Notes: generated from the letters alone by a model not told the origin. A stretch of DNA of 56,799 nucleotides from Candidatus Enterousia sp. (GCA_045601765.1 JAZSAG010000006.1:1-56799); one strand, 5' to 3'; shown: positions 1-8,915, counted from the first letter of the stretch. Made by a program: numbers and translations.

Positions 1-144
1 ATAATAAGTCTTTGCCCCACCATAGGTCACAATAACACACAATCCATCATGACTGCCTGTGTCATAATACACCGCCTGACCCGATGTGGGAATACTCAGG
101 TTTTCCAACGCCCGTTCTGTAAAATTGATACGATTAGTTGCCAT
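1..144 (-). CDS. Tyrosine integrase, N-terminal fragment only (Arm/DUF4102-type DNA-binding domain); the gene continues beyond the left edge
   Basis: My translation of 144..1 is MATNRINFTERALENLSIPTSGQAVYYDTGSHDGLCVIVTYGGAKTYY, typical of the N-terminus of P4-type integrases. The ATG at 144-142 overlaps the upstream rhuM stop by 11 nt. The ORF is open at the window edge. Confidence 0.7.
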   Translation of the reverse strand, partial: MATNRINFTERALENLSIPTSGQAVYYDTGSHDGLCVIVTYGGAKTYY

Positions 145-1159
145 TTTTTAACAGTTTTTCCAATTCCTTAATGTCAGATTTGTATTCTTCAACAGCAATG
201 TTTTTTTCTTCCTGTTTTATACGTAATTTATACTTTACATATTCCGCACTGGTATGTCGCAAAGCTTCTACACGAGATACCTTACCAGCATTTGTTAAAA
301 TCCGTTTTTTATTGAATGTCAAAAATGAATTTAATTCTTCTTCCCATTCTTTCATAAATATAGGTTCTTCTGCATTCGCCTTATGTTCTGCAAAATCCAA
401 GAACATATTTATAATATATTTTAACTCTTCTAATTCTGGTGCAGTCAAATAATTCTTCGCAATGGCAATATCTGATTTTGTAATATCACCCTTTGCCATA
501 TTATCCCATGTTTGTAAATTCATGTGTTCTTTAGTGGAATCTGCACGACTTTTTATTAATTCTGCCGACGTTTGCCCCGTAATAGCATAATGCACCTTGT
601 TTTGAACAGTAGCAAAAAACATTATTGTCATTAACTTATCATAATTATAATCAGCAGATAAAGCATAAATATCCTTTAATTGTTGATACAACATTTTTTC
701 AGATGTACGAATATCTTTTATACGTTCACGCAGTTCTTTAAAATATTGTTTATCAAATTTATTTCCCTGCTTAAAACGTTCGTCATCCAGCGCAAACCCT
801 TTTTGAACATATTCATGCAGAACCTTGGTCGCCCATATACGAAATTGTGTTGCTTTTTTAGAATTAACACGATAACCAACCGCAATTATCATATCTAGGT
901 TATAAAATTTTGTAGCATATGATTTACCATCATTCGCAGTTATTTCCATTTTGGAAATAACTGAATCTTCATCTAATTCACCTGATTCAAATATATTTCT
1001 TATATGTTTGTTAACAGCAGGAACTTCTACCTCAAACAACTCTGCCATTTGTTTTTGACTAAGCCATAAAGTATTTTCGCCCGCTTGAACATTAATAGCT
1101 GGTTTTCCGTCTTGATTATACAAAAACAATACCTTTGGCAAATTTATATTTTCCATCAT
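134..1159 (-). CDS. rhuM: RhuM-family protein (virulence/Fic-associated family)
   Basis: Long ORF with RhuM-like core (AVGYRVNSKKATQFRIWATKVLHEYVQKGFALDDERFK). The ATG at 1159 follows AAAGG; the track start at 1168 is a GTG three codons upstream. Confidence 0.75.
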   Translation of the reverse strand: MMENINLPKVLFLYNQDGKPAINVQAGENTLWLSQKQMAELFEVEVPAVNKHIRNIFESGELDEDSVISKMEITANDGKSYATKFYNLDMIIAVGYRVNSKKATQFRIWATKVLHEYVQKGFALDDERFKQGNKFDKQYFKELRERIKDIRTSEKMLYQQLKDIYALSADYNYDKLMTIMFFATVQNKVHYAITGQTSAELIKSRADSTKEHMNLQTWDNMAKGDITKSDIAIAKNYLTAPELEELKYIINMFLDFAEHKANAEEPIFMKEWEEELNSFLTFNKKRILTNAGKVSRVEALRHTSAEYVKYKLRIKQEEKNIAVEEYKSDIKELEKLLKNGN

Positions 1160-1259
1160 CAAATACACCTTTTTCTTTATTCAGTCATACGAATAAATCG
1201 TACAACTTAAATTTACACAAATCACAATAAAATTATTATGACCTGTTATCTTTTTTGTT

Positions 1260-1306
1260 TTGCTACCTATTTGCTACTAATATCACAAATTTTCACATTT
1301 TGCTAC
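1260..1306 (+). repeat. Three direct copies of TTGCTAC (1260-1266, 1271-1277, 1300-1306), two of them phased 11 bp apart; candidate integrase arm-type sites
   Basis: Read directly from the sequence. The layout matches the TTGGAGCA pairs in the tRNA-Val island and lies about 96 bp from a tRNA-like core remnant. Confidence 0.4.
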
Positions 1307-1400
1307 CAATTTTTATTAAATCTTGTTAAAGTTATTATACGACACAATACGCAGAAAATCAAGAAAAATTAAACAATATTAAACATTATTAAATATCTGA

Positions 1401-1425
1401 CCCGTTAACTGAAGGTCGTTGGTTC
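1401..1425 (+). pseudogene. Decayed tRNA-Val-like fragment (anticodon arm to T-loop); candidate att core of the left-edge element
   Basis: 1412-1425 aaggtcgttggttc is identical to positions 44-57 of the intact tRNA-Val at 54162-54238. The preceding cgttaac resembles its anticodon loop cgttgac. Similarity stops right after GGTTC. Confidence 0.45.
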
Positions 1426-1535
1426 AAAATTTGTATATAAGAACGAACGAAAGTGAAGTTCGAATAACTACAAATTTGCCCGCAGGCATTCATGCCGAGG
1501 GAAACCCAACCCCCGCAACCAAATTTAGTAAAAAA

Positions 1536-1559
1536 TGCACCTAATACGGTGCATTTTTT
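1536..1559 (+). terminator. Intrinsic terminator-like hairpin with no annotated plus-strand gene upstream
   Basis: TGCACC-taatac-GGTGCA stem followed by TTTTTT. Confidence 0.5.
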
Positions 1560-1623
1560 ATTAGACAATAAAATATTTTTATGTAAGTATCAAAAAACAC
1601 AATATGTTACAGGGGTATTTAAT

Positions 1624-2469
1624 ATGTCAAAAAACATAGAAACATTGACTAATATGACAAAAAACGGATGTATCACACATTCAAGTCGTTTTCATGCAGA
1701 CGATATTTTTTCCGCCGCATTATTAAAAATTGTTGGGGTTATTCCTTGTATCTCTGTTATAAATCGTGTAGGACACGTCCCTAATGATTTTAATGGGTTG
1801 GCTTTTGACATAGGTTGTGGTCAATTTGATCATCATCAACAGGACGCCCGTGTCAGACCAAACGGAAAAAAATACGCTTCTTTTGGATTATTATGGGACA
1901 CTGTTGGTTCAGAATATATTGTAAACAAATACAAAACAGATACACAAACCGCCAACGATGCCGCATTAAAATTTGATACAGATTTTATAACACCAATGGA
2001 TTTAACTGATAATTTTGGACCTAAAAGATACCCAAATACATTATCATACATCATAGAATCTTTAAATAATGTTAAATTCACACCCCAAGAAAATGACCAA
2101 GTATTTAAAGAAACGGCTAATTATTATTGTAAACCTTTGGAACAATCTATTTACAAATCATATAAATTTATACAAAACAAAATAAAAGCAAATAATCTAG
2201 CAATATCAGACGTTATAACATTACCACTGGATACAGACATAGACAGGTCTGCATTTGAAGGGACCATTGTTAAATATATTGTAAAACAATCTCATCGTGG
2301 AACATATAACATTACAACCGTAGAACCCTATAAAATTCCACATGAATACATAAAGATGCCTGGCTGCGTCCAGGTATATAGCATTGGCGCCGCATTTGAT
2401 ACATACAACAATGCGTTAAACGCAGCGAAACAATTGGCTAAAAGTGTTCAAATAATATTTACAAGATAA
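1624..2469 (+). CDS. MYG1/UPF0160-family metal-dependent hydrolase
   Basis: THSSRFHADDIFSAALL and FDIGCGQFDHHQ motifs are typical of the MYG1 family. Start set at the internal ATG (MSKNIE...); the longer track ORF runs through a terminator. Confidence 0.65.
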   Translation: MSKNIETLTNMTKNGCITHSSRFHADDIFSAALLKIVGVIPCISVINRVGHVPNDFNGLAFDIGCGQFDHHQQDARVRPNGKKYASFGLLWDTVGSEYIVNKYKTDTQTANDAALKFDTDFITPMDLTDNFGPKRYPNTLSYIIESLNNVKFTPQENDQVFKETANYYCKPLEQSIYKSYKFIQNKIKANNLAISDVITLPLDTDIDRSAFEGTIVKYIVKQSHRGTYNITTVEPYKIPHEYIKMPGCVQVYSIGAAFDTYNNALNAAKQLAKSVQIIFTR

Positions 2470-2485
2470 TATAAAATTTCAAAAA

Positions 2486-2510
2486 AGTGGCGAAATCGCC
2501 ACTTTTTATT
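2486..2510 (+). terminator. Intrinsic terminator
   Basis: AGTGGCG-aaat-CGCCACT hairpin followed by TTTTTATTTT. Confidence 0.7.
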
Positions 2511-2590
2511 TTGTGTTTAATACACATACTATATTTTATCACTTGTTTTTGTACTTTTTCATACTTTATAATACCCCAAAAGGATATCTT

Positions 2591-3178
2591 ATGAAAAAAT
2601 TTTTGATATTATTTGCGATATTTATTTCAAATTCCGCATTTGCAGGAATTTATACAAATACATCTAATTTCCGTCCATACGTTGGTATTAACGCCGGATT
2701 TAACATTGGAAATTATACAATTCAATCTGATTTAGATAATGAATTTATATCCGCAACAATAAATGCCGGTGCACGCATAGGTAATAATTTTGGTATTGAA
2801 TTATTTTTCTCTCACTCATCAACTAATAAATTAGATTATATATACGAATATTATTCAATAAATCATGAATTATATTTTCAATCATTTGGTTTTAATATTT
2901 ACGGATATTATGGAATAACAAAAGAATTTGATTTCTTTACAACATTTGGTGTTGCAAATTATCATATTGAAAATCAGTTTGATTATTTTGACGGATTTAC
3001 CCAACAACAAGAAAATATAACATTTAATAATGTATCAACACGACTGGGGATTGGTCTGATGTATACATTCCCGGGTGACAGTGTTTCAGTATTGGCCCAA
3101 TATCAATACATGCCAATAAACACAACATTTATAAATAATATGTCTGAATTTTCCGTTGGTGCGCGATACACATTTTAA
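2591..3178 (+). CDS. Outer-membrane beta-barrel protein (OmpA-like / porin family)
   Basis: Signal peptide MKKFLILFAIFISNSAFA, alternating aromatic/glycine-rich strands, and a C-terminal ...GARYTF ending in Phe. Start moved to the ATG at 2591. Confidence 0.7.
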   Translation: MKKFLILFAIFISNSAFAGIYTNTSNFRPYVGINAGFNIGNYTIQSDLDNEFISATINAGARIGNNFGIELFFSHSSTNKLDYIYEYYSINHELYFQSFGFNIYGYYGITKEFDFFTTFGVANYHIENQFDYFDGFTQQQENITFNNVSTRLGIGLMYTFPGDSVSVLAQYQYMPINTTFINNMSEFSVGARYTF

Positions 3179-3181
3179 AAG

Positions 3182-3204
3182 AACCGGCAAATGCCGGTTT
3201 TTTA
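3182..3204. terminator. Bidirectional terminator between convergent genes
   Basis: AACCGGCA-aa-TGCCGGTT hairpin with an A-run upstream and a T-run downstream. Confidence 0.7.
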
Positions 3205-3825
3205 TTCGAAACATTTTTTAAATTCATCATAGTTATAATTTTGATCGATTTTTTTATTTCTAATTTCTTCTGCGGCTTTGATTTTTTGTTTTATTAAAAT
3301 CAAATCTGGATGTGATTGTAATTCGTCATTCATCATATTAATAGCCATATTAATATCTTCGCGACTTTTTACGAACACAGGCATAATTGAATCAGCCGCG
3401 GAAAACACAGCCTTTTGAAAATCGGCCTTGAAATCATCAATCACAGATAAATATGTCTGAATATGTTGTTCTTCGTGTGCCAACACAACATCATAAGAAC
3501 ATGTATTTGGAATATGTCTGATATCAATATTCACACGAAAATTATTATATCCGATTAGTGTATTTACTGATTTAAGACTGACACAAAATCCATTATCTAT
3601 ATCATGAACATCTGTTAAAATATCATAATTATCAACCATTGTTGCGACAACATTACCATGCCACAAATCCATAGGCTTATTTGGTTGAACGACTTGTTTT
3701 TCCCAATCAGGTGTATTTATAAAAACACGTGGAATTTTTTTATAATTTAAACAGTCATCTGCAAATGCATATCCTGAAAAAAGAACAGAAAACAGAACAG
3801 TATACCACTTCAACCTACATACCAC
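3202..3825 (-). CDS. Secreted hypothetical protein with an HExxH motif (possibly a DUF922-like Zn-metallopeptidase)
   Basis: Signal-like N-terminus MVCRLKWYTVLFSVLFSGYAFA and the motif VLAHEEQHI. Its start overlaps the virB4 stop by 11 nt. Confidence 0.55.
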   Translation of the reverse strand: MVCRLKWYTVLFSVLFSGYAFADDCLNYKKIPRVFINTPDWEKQVVQPNKPMDLWHGNVVATMVDNYDILTDVHDIDNGFCVSLKSVNTLIGYNNFRVNIDIRHIPNTCSYDVVLAHEEQHIQTYLSVIDDFKADFQKAVFSAADSIMPVFVKSREDINMAINMMNDELQSHPDLILIKQKIKAAEEIRNKKIDQNYNYDEFKKCFE

Positions 3826-6244
3826 TTTGTTTTTTCAAATATTCATTTACAAAATTACTGCCATACATTTTGTACAATTCCTCGGCCAGCAACACCGATG
3901 AACGTCCAGATTCAAACAATCTTAACAAACTGCCCAATCCGCCCAGTTCTGTATTTAAAATCACAGATTCCCCGGTCACAGGTCTTGATAACAATACCGC
4001 ACGTTTTAAACCAGGATATGCCTTGCCTTGAATAAATGCCATTTCCAACGGATTTAAATTCCAGTGTGCATAATCCCCCACATCAGCGGCCGGATTACGA
4101 AAGAATAACACCGTTTGTGCCTGGCCACGAACAACATCACCAATCCCAAGTTTATCTAATACATTTGCACGTTGGAACGCAACCATATACGCCTGGCGAT
4201 TTTTACGTCCCTCTTGCAATCCCATAATAAAGTTATCACGGAACATCTTGTTTTCCAACATAGGCGCCGTTTCGTCTATCATAATCAGGGATGGATTTCC
4301 CCCAGACACAGTCACATTATTTATTCTGTGTAAAATATAAGAAATCACAGCCGGTGCCAACACTTCATCTTGTAAAATATCTGTAAAATCAAATGTTGTC
4401 AGTCTTGAATACAAATCCAAAGTATCTGTTGATTCATTAAATATATCGCCATATTGCAATGGATCGACCCATTTTTTCAATGCGCTTCTCATATTACCAG
4501 ACGAAGAAAAACAACTTTCCCACAGATTTTTTAACAATCTGTCTTTATCTGATAAATAATCAAAATTCACAGATACCGCCCGCGCAATTTCATCAGCAGA
4601 AATCGCATCATTTTGCCCAGAAATAATTGCCAACCACCTGCGCAAGAAAGCACGATTTGCGGCACTGTCTGGCATTTTTAGCGGATTTAAATGTGTCAAG
4701 AAAGACTGTTCCACCACATTTTTAGCATTATTTTTTTCTTTACCTTGCATTGTGATATATTTTCCCCCCACAGACAAAGTAAATATCTCGGCCCCTTTAT
4801 TTCTGTCAAAAAAGAACGCTTTTAATTTCGGATGTCTAAGTGACTGTGCAATTAAAAACGAGAATAACGTTGTTTTACCACCGCCCGTTGGTCCGATTGT
4901 CAACGTATGTCCAACCGCCGCAGGTTTATCAGACACATGGAATTGGAATTGATATGGTGTTCCCTGGGCTGTTGGGAAAATAACCAACGGCCCCGGTCCC
5001 CAATCAGAATCTTTGACCCCACGTGGTTGGGTTGACATTGGGATGGTAATTGCAGCCGCACGTGATAACAATTTAAAACTGCGCGGAAAAACATCAAAAC
5101 CCGGAATTTGTGCAAACCAAGAAACCTTGGATGCAAACGTTTCAACAACAGGCGAAATACCAAAAGACGCAGAAATCTTTTTAAATTCACCAACATATTT
5201 CTGTAATTCTTGTGGTGTTGACCCGAACAAAATAAACAAAGGATAATAATTGACTAAACTTTGATTCCCGGAAACATTTTCATCCATTGCAGATTCTGCC
5301 ACGGAAATCTGTTCTTCAGTTGACTTTTGTTTTTCTGTTGCGGTTGATTTTCTTTGTCTGATAGTAGATTCAACATCTGCGCCGCCCATAATATGAAAAC
5401 CATTCATACAAATCATTTCTGTTTGTATTGTTGACACGCTATTAAAAAATTCTTCATCTAAATAATCAGGCGATATTTTAAAAGACACCATTGCTGCAAA
5501 AGATTGATTACCGCCACTTATATACCTGACCAAACCATTTTTCAAGAATTCAACATCATCAACAGTTGTCACACTTGCGATATTTTTATCTGCATATTTT
5601 GGTTCTGGTTTTGATATAGGTGATAAAATTCTGCCGAAAAATCTGGCCATATTATCGGCTGTATTATTGCGTAAAACCTGTGGTTTATATGGGGCCAGTA
5701 TTGATTCAACATAATTACCATATTGGTTTAATTTTTCACGTGCGCCTGCCCCACTAACAGACAAAACTATATAATAATTATTTAAAAATATTTTCAACCC
5801 CTGCCCCTGCCATTTATTATAAATAGCCTGTAACACCGGTTGTTCAAATTCATAATTAGTCTTTTCATCTGCGGCATCGCGCACCATATAAAACCGCATA
5901 ACCACATTTGGGTCACGAATTTGATTAAACAATTGTGCACGCAGGTCCAAGAATTTTTCTTTGGTTTTATCATCTTGCATACTGGTCTGGACACCTGCGA
6001 CCCGATACACACGAATTAAACTGCCATCTGTCAAAGACATAGAATTATCATTATAAACTGTCTTAAAAGGCAGATAATTGGCATATTTTGCATAACCAAA
6101 TTTTGGGAAAATTTTGCGTGTTAATGTTGGTATATAAATCATAAGTATAATAAATACAAACACTGCCAACATTACCAGCACAGTCATAGTTATTGGGAAA
6201 TCGCTTCCGGCAAAATATTCAAAAAAACTATTAAAATCAATCAT
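3815..6244 (-). CDS. virB4: Type IV secretion ATPase VirB4/TrbE family
   Basis: 809 aa with Walker A GPTGGGKTT. Typical VirB4 length, and overlaps the virB3 stop by 4 nt. Confidence 0.9.
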   Translation of the reverse strand: MIDFNSFFEYFAGSDFPITMTVLVMLAVFVFIILMIYIPTLTRKIFPKFGYAKYANYLPFKTVYNDNSMSLTDGSLIRVYRVAGVQTSMQDDKTKEKFLDLRAQLFNQIRDPNVVMRFYMVRDAADEKTNYEFEQPVLQAIYNKWQGQGLKIFLNNYYIVLSVSGAGAREKLNQYGNYVESILAPYKPQVLRNNTADNMARFFGRILSPISKPEPKYADKNIASVTTVDDVEFLKNGLVRYISGGNQSFAAMVSFKISPDYLDEEFFNSVSTIQTEMICMNGFHIMGGADVESTIRQRKSTATEKQKSTEEQISVAESAMDENVSGNQSLVNYYPLFILFGSTPQELQKYVGEFKKISASFGISPVVETFASKVSWFAQIPGFDVFPRSFKLLSRAAAITIPMSTQPRGVKDSDWGPGPLVIFPTAQGTPYQFQFHVSDKPAAVGHTLTIGPTGGGKTTLFSFLIAQSLRHPKLKAFFFDRNKGAEIFTLSVGGKYITMQGKEKNNAKNVVEQSFLTHLNPLKMPDSAANRAFLRRWLAIISGQNDAISADEIARAVSVNFDYLSDKDRLLKNLWESCFSSSGNMRSALKKWVDPLQYGDIFNESTDTLDLYSRLTTFDFTDILQDEVLAPAVISYILHRINNVTVSGGNPSLIMIDETAPMLENKMFRDNFIMGLQEGRKNRQAYMVAFQRANVLDKLGIGDVVRGQAQTVLFFRNPAADVGDYAHWNLNPLEMAFIQGKAYPGLKRAVLLSRPVTGESVILNTELGGLGSLLRLFESGRSSVLLAEELYKMYGSNFVNEYLKKQSGM

Positions 6245-6531
6245 GCTGCTAACTTTCCTGGTATTTTTTTAGTAAACAATTGAAATTTCGCAGAAATAAT
6301 CTGCCCTAATTGTGGGTCACGTTTTGAAAATATTGCGATAAAACTGTGCACCAATATAACAGAAACCAAGAAAAACAATGGATTTGTATCCTGGTTAAAC
6401 ATTATTAAACGTGCGACAAAAATCACAACAAAGACAATAAATTGCACAACAAAATTAATTACGGCCAACGAATACGGCACATAAAAGATATGTGCAGGAT
6501 TTGCCAACGCTTTTAAAACCTGTTGTTTCAT
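6241..6531 (-). CDS. virB3: Type IV secretion protein VirB3
   Basis: 96-aa two-TM protein immediately upstream of virB4 and overlapping it, which is the classic virB3-virB4 arrangement. Confidence 0.75.
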   Translation of the reverse strand: MKQQVLKALANPAHIFYVPYSLAVINFVVQFIVFVVIFVARLIMFNQDTNPLFFLVSVILVHSFIAIFSKRDPQLGQIISAKFQLFTKKIPGKLAA

Positions 6532-6564
6532 GACTCTCCCCCTTGGGTAATTGAATTATAACAA

Positions 6565-6749
6565 TTTCAACAATTTTCAACAAGTATAAAAAGCATTTAC
6601 ATTAAAATTGTTAAAAGTGTTGAAAAGTGGATATTTTTCAACTGTTAATTATTTTTGATATTTTTCAACAATTTTACCAACATCCGCAGAAACACGGGCT
6701 TTTTTTGTTAAAAAACTGTTTATAAAAAACTAAAAACTGTTTTCAACAA
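6565..6749. promoter_or_regulatory. Cluster of TTTCAAC(AA) motifs (five direct, one inverted) in the virB3 / rpmJ divergent intergenic region
   Basis: Direct copies at 6565-6573, 6575-6583, 6636-6642, 6663-6671 and 6741-6749. Inverted GTTGAAA at 6619-6625. Confidence 0.4.
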
Positions 6750-6792
6750 TATAAACAGGCCCTACTAAAACAACAATAAATAATAATATTAT

Positions 6793-6820
6793 TTGATTTT
6801 TTTAAAAATGTGTTTATAAT
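6793..6820 (+). promoter_or_regulatory. Sigma70-like promoter for rpmJ
   Basis: TTGATT, 16 bp spacer, TATAAT, ending about 24 bp upstream of the rpmJ ATG. Confidence 0.5.
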
Positions 6821-6843
6821 CGCCATGTAAAAAGGATTTAGAT

Positions 6844-6978
6844 ATGAAATTTTTAAGTTCATTAAAGGCTTGGAAAAAACGCGGCAATGTAAAACAAATT
6901 CGTCGTGGTAAGCAAGTTATCTTAATCGACCCTGCAAATCCAAAGTTTAAAGCAAAACAGGGCTTTAAGAAGAAATAA
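6844..6978 (+). CDS. rpmJ: 50S ribosomal protein L36 (bL36, long non-zinc type)
   Basis: Not in the ORF track (44 aa). My translation is MKFLSSLKAWKKRGNVKQIRRGKQVILIDPANPKFKAKQGFKKK, which matches the ...NP+FKA+QG L36 type. It is followed by a terminator. Confidence 0.85.
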   Translation: MKFLSSLKAWKKRGNVKQIRRGKQVILIDPANPKFKAKQGFKKK

Positions 6979-6983
6979 AAATT

Positions 6984-7004
6984 CCGCCGATTGGCGGTTT
7001 TTTT
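6984..7004. terminator. Terminator between rpmJ and the convergent SufD-like gene
   Basis: CCGCC-gatt-GGCGG hairpin followed by TTTTTTT. Confidence 0.7.
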
Positions 7005-7015
7005 AACGGTTTTAT

Positions 7016-7696
7016 TTAAAACAAGTCTAAATCATTAACAAATGATTCTTTGATAATATCCTGTATTTCAATTATCCCCAGTCCATTTTCACGTAAATAC
7101 AGTATTTGTGAATCTGTTGGTTCATAAATACTGGCACTGTGGTCTGCGGCATTTGGCACAGAAGATATTCTTTGTGCGGGCATAAATTCTATTATTGCGT
7201 CTTGTTCAGAAATTGCGGTCAAAGATATATCTGAAACACAATCAGGTATATTTTTTGCGATATTTGCCACACCATACAGCCTTGATTTTGAATTTTTGCG
7301 TGCAATTAATTTAGTTTTTATTAACACAGATGTGTTTTTAAACAAATGTTGTGCATCACAGTTATATTTTAAATCAGAATAATTATCTAAAATGACATGT
7401 CCACGAATATCAGACCCCTGGCCCGCATTTTTTATCAAGATATTAAAATCAGTATTTTTCTTTATTTTTACATTTACAGATATAAAGACACGCTGATTTT
7501 TCGCCCCAATTTCTATCCCCAGTTGATTTTTTTCAGAAATTTCACCTGTATATATAACATGAACAGGCAATTTATATGTTGTATTAATTGGTTCGTTATC
7601 TATGGTTGATAAATCTGGGCAATATACCCCATCGCGGTAAACAATAGTTTCCGCCGGGAAAGTTTTTATATTGAATTCGTTCCACATGTATGACAT
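7016..7696 (-). CDS. SufB/SufD-family (UPF0051) domain protein, short and standalone
   Basis: C-terminal ...DHSASIYEPTDSQILYLRENGL...IIKESF resembles the SufD core HGATVGxLDxxxLFYLxSRG. No other suf genes lie nearby. Confidence 0.6.
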   Translation of the reverse strand: MSYMWNEFNIKTFPAETIVYRDGVYCPDLSTIDNEPINTTYKLPVHVIYTGEISEKNQLGIEIGAKNQRVFISVNVKIKKNTDFNILIKNAGQGSDIRGHVILDNYSDLKYNCDAQHLFKNTSVLIKTKLIARKNSKSRLYGVANIAKNIPDCVSDISLTAISEQDAIIEFMPAQRISSVPNAADHSASIYEPTDSQILYLRENGLGIIEIQDIIKESFVNDLDLF

Positions 7697-7723
7697 ATTA
7701 CTTATATTATAAAGGATTTTATT

Positions 7724-8803
7724 ATGGGATTCAATTGTGGAATTGTAGGTTTACCAAATGTTGGTAAATCGACGTTATTTAATGCACTGACACAAAGTGC
7801 GGCGGCTGATGCGCAAAATTATCCATTTTGCACTATTGAGCCAAATACAGGCCGTGTTGTTGTGCCGGATAGTGTTTTACATAAACTTGCGGATGTTGCG
7901 GGTTCTCAGAAAATAATACCGACACAACTGGAAATTGTTGATATTGCAGGTTTGGTCAAGGGCGCATCAAGTGGCGAGGGTCTTGGGAATAAATTTTTGG
8001 GTAATATTTTATCAACAGACGCCATAATTCATGTTGTCAGATGTTTTGAAAATGACGATATTGTTCATGTAAACGGTCGTATTGATCCAATATCTGATAT
8101 TGAAACAATTGAAACAGAATTGATTTTGGCAGACCTTGAAAGTATAGAAAAACAAATAAAAAATCTTGAAAAAAAGGCGCGTGGTCTGGATAAAGAAGCA
8201 ATAAAATTATTATCAGATGCGAATGAAATAAAAAAGAATCTGGAAAATTCCATTCCTGCACGCGATGTGGAAATTGATTCTAAACCATTTAATTTATTAA
8301 CGTCAAAACCTGTTATATATGTATGTAATGTAGAAGAAGCATCCGCATCAACAGGCAATAAATATTCTGATATGGTACGTGAAAAATTTTCATCTGTTGC
8401 GGATGTGTTGGTTATATCATCAAAAATCGAAATGGAAATTTCCCAGATTGTTGATATCGAAGAACGTAAAATGTTTTTAGAAGACCTGGGGTTATCTGAA
8501 TCTGGCCTAGATAAAGTTATAAAAACAGGATATAAAACATTGGGCCTGCAAACATATTATACAATCGGCCCCAAAGAAGCACATGCATGGACGATTACAA
8601 CAGGCATGACTGCGCCCCAGGCTGCCGGGAAAATTCACACTGATTTCGAGCGTGGTTTTATTCGTGCAGAAATAATTTCACCCGACGATTTTATATCATT
8701 GGGCGGCGAAGTCGCCGTCAAAGAAGCCGGTAAAATGCGACTGGTCGGTCGTGATTATATAATGCAGCCCGGCGATATTTGCCACTTTTTATTCAATACA
8801 TAA
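7724..8803 (+). CDS. ychF: Ribosome-binding ATPase YchF
   Basis: GIVGLPNVGKSTLFNALT G1 motif, 359 aa, and a C-terminal TGS-like ...HTDFERGFIRAE. Confidence 0.95.
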   Translation: MGFNCGIVGLPNVGKSTLFNALTQSAAADAQNYPFCTIEPNTGRVVVPDSVLHKLADVAGSQKIIPTQLEIVDIAGLVKGASSGEGLGNKFLGNILSTDAIIHVVRCFENDDIVHVNGRIDPISDIETIETELILADLESIEKQIKNLEKKARGLDKEAIKLLSDANEIKKNLENSIPARDVEIDSKPFNLLTSKPVIYVCNVEEASASTGNKYSDMVREKFSSVADVLVISSKIEMEISQIVDIEERKMFLEDLGLSESGLDKVIKTGYKTLGLQTYYTIGPKEAHAWTITTGMTAPQAAGKIHTDFERGFIRAEIISPDDFISLGGEVAVKEAGKMRLVGRDYIMQPGDICHFLFNT

Positions 8804-8815
8804 AATCAAAAAAAT

Positions 8816-8839
8816 ACCGGTATTTGCCGGTGTTTTTTT
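8816..8839 (+). terminator. ychF terminator
   Basis: ACCGG-tatttg-CCGGT hairpin followed by a T-run. Confidence 0.65.
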
Positions 8840-8915
8840 ACATAAATAAAAATGTTAAAAAAAATAAATTTTTCCCGGCCTTTTTAATAAAAATGTTAAA
8901 AAAAGCCGGGAATTT

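Noticed and set aside
1431-1533. A possible RNA gene (tRNA/tmRNA-like). It has GTTCGAAT at ~1458 and a C-rich segment ending ...CCCCCGCAACCA just before a terminator.
   Set aside because: I could not fold a T-arm/acceptor or any cloverleaf. No G-rich partner strand exists for the C-rich 3' segment. It may be decayed att-flanking DNA, and a covariance-model scan would be needed.
6532-6843. The AT-rich 312-bp intergenic region as a replication origin.
   Set aside because: There is only one weak DnaA-box-like match (GTGGATA at ~6627) and no cluster. The neighbouring genes are not typical origin markers, so the repeated motif is more simply an operator array.
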